This document shows positions 56,248 to 64,000 of a stretch of 64,000 nucleotides of DNA, in pieces (position 1 is the stretch's first letter; each line of letters opens with the position of its first letter). The notes beneath the pieces were generated by a model that was not told the DNA's origin, ran no database searches, and saw only the letters and a list, made by a program, of their open reading frames with translations. Source of the stretch: a virus; the IMG/VR virus record IMGVR_UViG_3300047678_000239, positions 1-64,000 of that record; one strand, written 5' to 3'. A program made the position numbers and the translations under genes.

Positions 56248-56871
56248 TTATTTAACAGTAACGGTGACAGGAATAGAAACAGAACCACCACTTTCATTTC
56301 CAACGATTGTCAAACGTGTCGTTGTTGTGGTAGTCAAAGAGGCGTTTGGAACAAAGCGGAATCTCAAACCAAGAGCAACTTGTGCCGTTGTTGAAGAAAC
56401 GTCACCAATGAACGTAGGAATGGTAGCGTTCGTTGATTGCAATTGCTCTCCAATAATTGTTCCTGCATTCTTGTTGGATAGAATTGCTGTGTATCCAAGT
56501 GTTGTGTTGTAAAGAGGATTGGTCGATGGAACAATGATAACTTCACCCTTATAATCGCTGGTGACATTGATTGAACTTTGTCCAAGACTAATAACTGGAA
56601 TAGCAGAAACTCCTGATGGGAGTGTGACGAGCTTATACTTCAAAACTTGTGTTTCATCAGTGAACGCTTCCAAAATTGGTGTGTTTCTGATTGCTAAATC
56701 GTAGTAAGCTGAACCTTGTGGGTGGGCTGGTTGATAAAGCTTGTAGTCGATTTCGTCGTCCGACAGTGCAAACGATGTGATGTTCAATCCGCCTTGAGTG
56801 GCCAAAAGCTCACGACCCTTTTTGGTTAGGACGGCATCTACGGTCACGGTTACATTGTTGAGATAACTCAT
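56248..56871 (-). CDS. Baseplate/tail structural protein
   Basis: MSYLNN..VDAVLTKKGRELLA...FALSDDEIDY; start at 56871 follows AAAGGA. Confidence 0.65.
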   Translation of the reverse strand: MSYLNNVTVTVDAVLTKKGRELLATQGGLNITSFALSDDEIDYKLYQPAHPQGSAYYDLAIRNTPILEAFTDETQVLKYKLVTLPSGVSAIPVISLGQSSINVTSDYKGEVIIVPSTNPLYNTTLGYTAILSNKNAGTIIGEQLQSTNATIPTFIGDVSSTTAQVALGLRFRFVPNASLTTTTTTRLTIVGNESGGSVSIPVTVTVK

Positions 56872-56925
56872 ATTTCTATTCCTTTCCACATAAATATAAG
56901 GGTGTTTGACATTTTTCAGTAATTT

Positions 56926-59900
56926 TTAGGTTGTGACAGAACTAATAATAACTGGCAAGGAATTATCCAAAATACCACTTCCAGACTGTATTGTGGTTCT
57001 TTCTGTCTGTAGTCCCTTTTTGAAGATTCCCGATGGCCTGCTATAGTTGTCCAAAGTAACCATTGGATTACGGTTATTTAGGGATTTTTTATATTTGTAA
57101 TGGGTTCCATAGTATCCGTTAAGTGGATAGGAATTTAATGGGGAGTTCTGTGAGGACAAATTGTGTCTATATGAATACGCTGAGTCTCTGATTCTGCTAA
57201 AGAAGAATCCACTTGCATTTCCAACAAGAATATCAAACAAAGAAGTATCAGAGTCGAGCGATGATAGGCTTGCTGTCATCATTCCGTTCAACAGATACAC
57301 CTGATAGTTGCTATTATATACGTCGATAGCATTAACTTGAAAATTTGAGCCAGAGCGAATTGTTGCCGTAATTCCCAATCTTACGTTCGCTGAACCACTG
57401 ACCAAGCTGCTGGACACCATATTTGCATCCAGTCCATAATTTTGGAAGCTTCCCACCAACGTAACATCGTTGGATACCGGACCAGACAGATAATTTCCTC
57501 CGGACAATGTAATACCGCTAATAGAACCAATGAAATTCATATTGGCTGCAATAATTTTGAAATCTGGAATGGTTGTTACTGTTGGAAACTTAGAAATATT
57601 AACCTGCTCGTAAGGGTGGATAATCGTTTTAAATTCTCCTCTGTTCGTAGCGTATGCCTCTGCGTCTGACATAGAAGAGGTAGGTTTGTTCTTATTTCTT
57701 ACGGAATAAGATTTATCAATTGGAATAACCTCAACACGCCAATAGTCGTCTTTATAATATGTGACACCATCTTTTGCAAGGATTTCAAATCCAAATGGCT
57801 CCAATCTGTCTGGGAAAAAGAATCCTTCCGAATCTTCATATAGAGACGTTCCTGTTACAATAGTTTTGATGGATTGCGTCAATTGAGGAACCAATTCACT
57901 TGGAACATCCTTTGAAACAAACATTAAATCAGCAACATTGATGTTAACCGTTTCCTGAACGATTGGTTTCAACTGAATTTTTGGTCTTTCAAGGATGGAC
58001 GGTTCTATCAACAATCCGTCTACAAGCTTGGCTCTAACAGGAACCAATTTTTTAATATACTTGAATAGAGACTTATCAAAGTAAGCTCTAACCAAATTCA
58101 TGAAGCTTTGATAATCAACTTGTCCAAATCCTTGACTGTAAAATACCTCTTTAAACTTTTCAAATCTTCCATAGGTTCTCTCATATACATCAGACGGCTT
58201 TCCAATCAAGTCTCCAAATTCAAAATTACCAAAGAACTTGATTATTTCGAGATTTATCTGCTCTGTAGGTGAGAAAAATATTCCAAGTTTATTTGTATCA
58301 ACGGTGGAGTCTTCTGTGGCTCTTAGCGTAGAACGACTGTCAGGCGACAGGTTGGACGATAGAATCTGTTGTTTGTAATTTACTTTATTACTTCTGAACT
58401 TATTCGAACCAAAATTTGGCAGATTCATTGTCTGCCTTGTCTCAAACTTCTTGAATTGATATGGGAAGGTTGGAGTAGCAGTGTAAGTATCACACTCAAC
58501 AGAATTCAATATTTGGGAACCGGCGAATGGAAAATTAGACGCGGAGATTTCTGAGGACATTGTTCTAAACGCAGAGTTTTGAATTGTCAGATTTCCGGAG
58601 CCTGTATTTAGATTTATAGGGGTAGAGAACGAAATTCTTACCAAGTTTTTTTCAACCATCGACTGTGGGTTATCTGTGTCATACGCTCCTTTGAATGATG
58701 CGTGGTGATTGAATCTGGTCGTTGATAAGAAATTTTCCCATATCTTGATTTCATCAATTGTTCCAAAGAAAGCCTCTGGGTCCAAACTCAACGAGGATGT
58801 GTTTTGCTGGTAATTTCCAAGATACAAACGAGTCGGCTGTCTAAAAGATGTATTATAGCTTCCGCTCAAAAACATGCTGGCGGATGCTTGGAAAGTTGTT
58901 CTCGAATCTTCATTTCTGCGAACCAAAACACTGTATCTTTGTGGGTAGTTATCGATGGTCGCTATTGAAGCTGTTGGACTTATGTTGAAATCAGCACTTA
59001 CTTTCGATTTTCTCAATACCAGAGAATATACGTCTCCATTAAAGAATGGTGCTCTTTCAGTCATCGCTGTTAGGGTGTTGCTTCCGGTGTTTTGAATTGT
59101 GAAAAATGCCTTACCCCAATCGTTACCCTTCTCCTTAACAATACCAATAGCCCAATTGGTTCCACCAACTGCCAATCTAAAAATCTTTCCCTCATCACTT
59201 GTTTTATTTGGTTCAAAAGAGAAATTGAATTCGAGGGATTGAGCACTTCCCGTCCAAGGAACGTTGAAGTATTCCCCACTTCCGCTGAAGTATGGCGAAT
59301 ATTTTGTCTCATCAATAATGTATAGTGAATTTTGGTCTAGTTCCGTTGTATATTCAACTCCACCATATTCTTTGATTTGAATGATGTTTCTTGGAATTCC
59401 ATAGCAACTAATCAAAGCGTTTATAGCAGCCTCAGTTCCCTTGGACTTCAATATGAATGGAAGGCTGTTTAGGATTCTCTTCCATATGAACTTGTTTCTA
59501 TCGTCTTCTGACATATCTCCAACCTTGTCATATAGCGGAGAATCTACATCAAAATCGCTCTTGGAAAACGACGCTAGTATCAGCGGAAGGTTTTCTCTAC
59601 CAATTTCTGGCTCCCAACCGAGAGAAGACAACATGTTATAAACAACGTCTTTCGAAATTCCTTCTATTTCCGAGCTAGAAGCGTCATTCTTTTCAGTAAA
59701 TTGAGTGATGTATAGAGTTAAGTTGTCAAAGTAATGACCAATCAAGTTCACAAATCTGACATACTCGTAGTTTTCCGCAACTTCAATTACACTTGACGGA
59801 AGATTGTTTTGCAAACTGTCTCCATTATCTCTGTCATATCTTGAGCCAGAAGACATTCCACTATAAACTCTCGTGTGTTCTGAGAACCAATTTGGATTGT

Positions 59901-61581
59901 TATATAGGAAATTTTCATATCCATCCATAGACGATTCTAGAGAATTCCATTCGGCATTTAAGTCCGACTTCTCTTTGATAAGAAATTCGTCAGTTGGTAA
60001 CAGAACCAACTTCACATCAATGTCAGCTATCAAAGAACGAATTTCTTCAATTCGGTTTTGTTTGTATTCGAACACCCCCAATCTCTCTTCAACAGAAGAG
60101 AATTTTACAAAGTTTTCAAAATATCTGTAGTCTACGTTTGTTGGAGCTTTTTCTTCAATCTTATAACGAAGTTTTGAATACAATTCGTCATACAAAGAAC
60201 CAGACTCTCCTACAATGCTTTCTAGAGAATGTTCAACGGTTGAATTTCCTTCATTTTCCAACTTGATGTTGAAATTTGGTCCCTTAATTGGTATTGTGAC
60301 AACCGCCTGATTTGAAAAGAAGTATAAATCTTGAAGAATCGGAGAACTTACCGAAATGTTGCTAATCCAAAGATTGTCGCCCACGGAGTAACCATCTGGC
60401 AAGGTGTCTCTCAATTTCAAAATCAATCGGCTATGGGTTGATTCATCAGTAGATGGAACCACGCCCGTTCTTACAATTGGAAGAATTGTTCCATCTCCAA
60501 AGTTGATGACGTTCTTTAAGTATCCTGAGAAATTGTCTTTGTATCGATTTTCTATAAAATTGATTGATGGAACGAATATTGAATCGAAATATATCTGTCT
60601 AAAGAAAGAAACTATATCGTCATAATTTTGAGGACGATTGTTTGTTATTTGATTGAGCTCTTGATTTAAAATGTAAGAGAATAGCGTATAAAAATAATCT
60701 TGAATTTCATCAAACGTTGTGATTGATTCATAGTTCTCAAACAAGAAGTTTTTAAATTGGTCAAGGATACCAAATACATTTCTTGTGCTGACCATTCCGC
60801 CACTCTTTAATGAACCTTTCTGGACTCCGTAATATGTGTCTGTGATGAAATTTACCACATCTATATCAGTCTTCAATGAATAGAAAAATTTGATAGATTG
60901 GTCTGTGTCTGGATTTTTCTTTGCTATGTCAATGTATGTTGTGTAAAGTTGGACCTTCTCTAAAGATTCTATCAAATCGTCTATGATGTATTTGGGCTGA
61001 ATTTTTGAATTGGAAAATAGGTCAAATTCCTGATTCAACTTAATATCGACTGGATTGGTAGATTGAACCAAAACATGAGGTATCACAGCAATTTCTGTTC
61101 TACTTGGAGAAATCTCATCAATGACCAACTTTTGAGAAGAATCAAATGGATTTCCTACGACATTTCTAACCGGAAGAATTCCAATCTTGTAATTACCTTC
61201 TTGAATAGAAAGTGATTTCAATACATCTTGAACATTCATTACAATGCTTTGAGTATTTTCATTTCCAACTACTGCAAAATTGCTCTGATATTTTGAATAT
61301 GAATAAACTCTCGTGCTGTTGGTTACGTCAACATACGAACGAGTAAATGGGGTGTATTTACCTTTACTACCGTTCACTGATGCATCAAAATAAGAAGACG
61401 TAACCAAGTCACCTTCTGTAGAAAATACAGTTACCTCAACCAAATCTTTATCACTCTCTCCAAATGGGAAGCTTTTAACCTCACCAACTGTTAAAAATGA
61501 CAATTCATCCGCTGTATAGAAGTATGCGGTGCTTAGAGAAGCAGTTTCCTTTGCAAAGGCTTTGAAACTTGAATAATTCAT
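56926..61581 (-). CDS. Large baseplate wedge protein (gp7-like) with LamG-like domain
   Basis: NNLP..I...FVNLIGHYFD, LKSKGT..AI..LI.CYG..IKEYG wedge motifs; GTIDEIKIW LamG-like strand. Confidence 0.65.
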   Translation of the reverse strand: MNYSSFKAFAKETASLSTAYFYTADELSFLTVGEVKSFPFGESDKDLVEVTVFSTEGDLVTSSYFDASVNGSKGKYTPFTRSYVDVTNSTRVYSYSKYQSNFAVVGNENTQSIVMNVQDVLKSLSIQEGNYKIGILPVRNVVGNPFDSSQKLVIDEISPSRTEIAVIPHVLVQSTNPVDIKLNQEFDLFSNSKIQPKYIIDDLIESLEKVQLYTTYIDIAKKNPDTDQSIKFFYSLKTDIDVVNFITDTYYGVQKGSLKSGGMVSTRNVFGILDQFKNFLFENYESITTFDEIQDYFYTLFSYILNQELNQITNNRPQNYDDIVSFFRQIYFDSIFVPSINFIENRYKDNFSGYLKNVINFGDGTILPIVRTGVVPSTDESTHSRLILKLRDTLPDGYSVGDNLWISNISVSSPILQDLYFFSNQAVVTIPIKGPNFNIKLENEGNSTVEHSLESIVGESGSLYDELYSKLRYKIEEKAPTNVDYRYFENFVKFSSVEERLGVFEYKQNRIEEIRSLIADIDVKLVLLPTDEFLIKEKSDLNAEWNSLESSMDGYENFLYNNPNWFSEHTRVYSGMSSGSRYDRDNGDSLQNNLPSSVIEVAENYEYVRFVNLIGHYFDNLTLYITQFTEKNDASSSEIEGISKDVVYNMLSSLGWEPEIGRENLPLILASFSKSDFDVDSPLYDKVGDMSEDDRNKFIWKRILNSLPFILKSKGTEAAINALISCYGIPRNIIQIKEYGGVEYTTELDQNSLYIIDETKYSPYFSGSGEYFNVPWTGSAQSLEFNFSFEPNKTSDEGKIFRLAVGGTNWAIGIVKEKGNDWGKAFFTIQNTGSNTLTAMTERAPFFNGDVYSLVLRKSKVSADFNISPTASIATIDNYPQRYSVLVRRNEDSRTTFQASASMFLSGSYNTSFRQPTRLYLGNYQQNTSSLSLDPEAFFGTIDEIKIWENFLSTTRFNHHASFKGAYDTDNPQSMVEKNLVRISFSTPINLNTGSGNLTIQNSAFRTMSSEISASNFPFAGSQILNSVECDTYTATPTFPYQFKKFETRQTMNLPNFGSNKFRSNKVNYKQQILSSNLSPDSRSTLRATEDSTVDTNKLGIFFSPTEQINLEIIKFFGNFEFGDLIGKPSDVYERTYGRFEKFKEVFYSQGFGQVDYQSFMNLVRAYFDKSLFKYIKKLVPVRAKLVDGLLIEPSILERPKIQLKPIVQETVNINVADLMFVSKDVPSELVPQLTQSIKTIVTGTSLYEDSEGFFFPDRLEPFGFEILAKDGVTYYKDDYWRVEVIPIDKSYSVRNKNKPTSSMSDAEAYATNRGEFKTIIHPYEQVNISKFPTVTTIPDFKIIAANMNFIGSISGITLSGGNYLSGPVSNDVTLVGSFQNYGLDANMVSSSLVSGSANVRLGITATIRSGSNFQVNAIDVYNSNYQVYLLNGMMTASLSSLDSDTSLFDILVGNASGFFFSRIRDSAYSYRHNLSSQNSPLNSYPLNGYYGTHYKYKKSLNNRNPMVTLDNYSRPSGIFKKGLQTERTTIQSGSGILDNSLPVIISSVTT

Positions 61582-61808
61582 TTTACTGTGAACTCACGAA
61601 TGACTGTATCATATTTTTCTTCAACTTTCGTAGGGCTGAAAAACAACACATTGATTGGGATTGAAATCGAGCTGCTGCTGGCTGGTTTGGCAAAATAATC
61701 GATTAAAAGATTGCCGGACGAATCATAACTAGAAGACACAGACCCCGATGTAACAATATTCTGAGCGTCTTCGTTTGAATATTGACTTAAATATACATTT
61801 GGTTTCAT
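61578..61808 (-). CDS. Small virion protein
   Basis: ATGA overlaps with both neighbours. Confidence 0.6.
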   Translation of the reverse strand: MKPNVYLSQYSNEDAQNIVTSGSVSSSYDSSGNLLIDYFAKPASSSSISIPINVLFFSPTKVEEKYDTVIREFTVK

Positions 61809-63730
61809 CGAGAAATCTTAAATGTTACTGGGCTGCTGAATGTAGAAATTGAACCACTGATTTCTGACCTAATATCAACCGAGTAATATCTCTCTTGTGG
61901 AAGACCTGTAGTGTCTAGCATAAAATAGTTTCCGTCTGCATCAGAACTCAATTTTGTATATCCATCAAACGCCATCACTGTTTCTTCGGTTTCAGCATCT
62001 TTGATAGAATAATAACTCTCTTCTGGTAGATACATTGGTTCAATGTAATCGGAAACTCTGTTTGTAAATGTCTTGGTTGGATATTTTGGTCTTCCTAAAA
62101 CATTGATTCTAACAATCGACCCACGCTTATAATCTTTATTTAGGTTTACCGATATTACGGATGATTTTGATGTATCCACCAATCTCAACGATGTTCCATC
62201 AGATGCCGTTGGAGACAACGAAACATCTGCCCACATAACATCTAAATGTGGTTGATAGATGGTGTTACTTTCTTTGGAAAAGAATCTTAGCTTACCAAAA
62301 TCATAACTGCTAGTTTCATTGCTATGCATCAAAATAAATCCGTAATTTGGTATGGAGTTGTATATCCAAGCTAAAACAGTATTCGTAACATCCATATAAA
62401 TGTCGGACGACTGATTATCGAAATATTGAACCGATGCGTAGCTTCCAGACGAAACAGTATAAGGAATTGTATTTAGTGGAGCGTCAGTGGACAATCCGAT
62501 TTCATAAGAACCAGATGTTCCCAATGAAGCGGTAGATGACATCATTATTTGACTGGTTGTGCCGGTGAATCTCCAAAGGCCCACAGGGTTTATTGAGAGA
62601 TTTGCGTTGTCCGTTCCTATGATTGTAGTATTCAATACCGAACTTGTGACGTAAGAGCCCCCCAAATACTTTGCATAAATACTTGTTCCACCAGCCGAAG
62701 CTGAAGAATACATGTCAACTGCGATTGATAATGGGTGGCTTCCCGAAACAGAAGAAGTGTAAGGCGAAAAGCCCTTTAGCACAGCATCACCAAGCAAAGA
62801 TTTCAGTGGAGTTGTGTTCGTTCCATGTCCATTAACTAACACAGCGCTTCCACTTAAATGACCGTCAATGGTCAATGTGCTGTCTAGAAAATTTCCTGTT
62901 GTAGAAGAACCAATCAATTTCAATGTTCTTGGAAATGAGCCAGAAGGAACGTTGTAAGAGCCACTTGGAAAATAACCAATACCGTCTCCGGACGCTGTAG
63001 CGACCAAGGTTCCTTGGTCATACAATTCTATTTTGTATGTGGTTGGAGCTGGAGTGGCTCCTGAATTTCCTTTAACAAACGAGCTAAAATTAATCGTGGA
63101 ACCCGAATAAATCTTAACCTCAAGAGAAGAAGAGTTTGTTGAATTAACAATCATTCCACCCGCCTGAACAACGGTGAATCTTCCAGCGTTTGGAATGTAA
63201 TTACAATCTGGAAAAGGGTTGAAAGGATTTGGACTTACAAATGGAGCCTCAGCATATCCAGAACCAGAACCCAATAGACTCGAAGAAACAAACCAAATTC
63301 CTCCTCCATCACAATTTGAAGAAGTGGCTGGAGTATACCATTTTATGCTTCCAGAATCAGAATATCTCCAACTTGCTCCATCTGAGGTCGTGGCTCCATC
63401 GTATTTGTAGCCGGTTCCGTTGTCCCAACACATAGCCAGAGGATATGCGGCGACATTATAAGCTTTTGGAACCTCAATGGATTCAGCTACTTTCAAAGAC
63501 AAATAAAACCTTGGATTAGAAATTCTTCCAAGTGCAATTGACCTAGAAATTTCTGCTAGATTGAATTGGATTAACGCTCTTGAAAGAACAGCGCCTCGTC
63601 CACCTGAACAAGCTTCGTTTTGAATTGTTTTTTCAACTTCCAGTATTTCATCGTGGCCCATGTTCTTAAACAAAAGGCTCGGCTGATTAGATATGGTGGT
63701 GTCTTTTGTTGGGTATAAGAAATAATGCAT
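61805..63730 (-). CDS. Baseplate-associated structural protein (DNRLRE-like beta domain with an insertion)
   Basis: KDTTI, SRALIQF, WDNGTG..DGASW, MDVT..W..NYGFIL..FFSKE..PHL motifs. Confidence 0.6.
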   Translation of the reverse strand: MHYFLYPTKDTTISNQPSLLFKNMGHDEILEVEKTIQNEACSGGRGAVLSRALIQFNLAEISRSIALGRISNPRFYLSLKVAESIEVPKAYNVAAYPLAMCWDNGTGYKYDGATTSDGASWRYSDSGSIKWYTPATSSNCDGGGIWFVSSSLLGSGSGYAEAPFVSPNPFNPFPDCNYIPNAGRFTVVQAGGMIVNSTNSSSLEVKIYSGSTINFSSFVKGNSGATPAPTTYKIELYDQGTLVATASGDGIGYFPSGSYNVPSGSFPRTLKLIGSSTTGNFLDSTLTIDGHLSGSAVLVNGHGTNTTPLKSLLGDAVLKGFSPYTSSVSGSHPLSIAVDMYSSASAGGTSIYAKYLGGSYVTSSVLNTTIIGTDNANLSINPVGLWRFTGTTSQIMMSSTASLGTSGSYEIGLSTDAPLNTIPYTVSSGSYASVQYFDNQSSDIYMDVTNTVLAWIYNSIPNYGFILMHSNETSSYDFGKLRFFSKESNTIYQPHLDVMWADVSLSPTASDGTSLRLVDTSKSSVISVNLNKDYKRGSIVRINVLGRPKYPTKTFTNRVSDYIEPMYLPEESYYSIKDAETEETVMAFDGYTKLSSDADGNYFMLDTTGLPQERYYSVDIRSEISGSISTFSSPVTFKISR

Positions 63731-63798
63731 GATATGAGTCGCTTTCTACTCATAAATATAATATTCCCCTGCTATTTCTCCGAAATATATACAGAAGA

Positions 63799-64000
63799 TT
63801 ACAAGCACTTACCCACAACGTCTTTGGTTGGAAATCTTACTTCAAATACACATGGGTCTATTGAAGGATAAACAATCTTATTTTGAGTGGCTCTCTCAAT
63901 GTCATATTCGTATTGAGAATAATCACCGTCTTTGGAAGTTAGATTTTTTAGTTTCAAGTAAGAAACACTTTGAACTCCGTCAATTTTAGCAATTTCCAAT
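63799..64000 (-). CDS. 3' end of a baseplate wedge protein (gp6-like), partial
   Basis: IAKIDGVQSV...IVYPSIDPCVFEVRFP; frame open to the window edge. Confidence 0.55.
   Translation of the reverse strand, partial: LEIAKIDGVQSVSYLKLKNLTSKDGDYSQYEYDIERATQNKIVYPSIDPCVFEVRFPTKDVVGKCL

Noticed and set aside
1-64000. Stop-codon reassignment
   Set aside because: Core genes are full length in code 11, and TAA, TGA and TAG all end genes.
1-64000. tRNA or rRNA genes
   Set aside because: Intergenic gaps are short and no cloverleaf or T-loop signature was seen by eye.

Overview
The whole window is the virion-morphogenesis region of a large T4-like (myovirus, probably jumbo) bacteriophage. It is AT-rich, uses the standard genetic code and is almost entirely on the minus strand. 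In transcription order (right to left) it holds baseplate/tail genes, a RuvC-like resolvase, a primase and a fused Mre11-Rad50 (SbcDC), a giant Ser/Thr/Ala fibre (2199 aa) and a 950-aa three-domain nucleotidyl-transfer protein. Then come the large terminase, portal, internal head proteins, prohead protease, scaffold, major capsid, neck/tail-completion genes, a second giant fibre (2969 aa) and five tandem LamG-like paralogues. Three free-standing PD-(D/E)xK/NUMOD3-type endonuclease loci are interspersed. The most interesting signal is a probable set of capsid-packaged, protease-matured enzymes. Many non-structural-looking enzymes carry the same N-terminal 'L-K-x-L-(L/I)-x-E' tag as the head proteins: two ADP-ribosyltransferase-like proteins, a lysozyme, and (shorter LLE form) a P-loop kinase. 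The 950-aa protein looks like a polyprotein of HIGH-type nucleotidyltransferase + Pol-beta-type nucleotidyltransferase + RNA-ligase-like domain, with L-x-E sites at the domain junctions. Also notable are about 18 copies of an ATATTTAT motif (largely the reverse complement of the T4 late promoter), often exactly 4 nt before the start codon, and a structured, possibly switchable 5' leader on the scaffold/capsid operon. All family assignments come from motif reading and gene order, not database searches.
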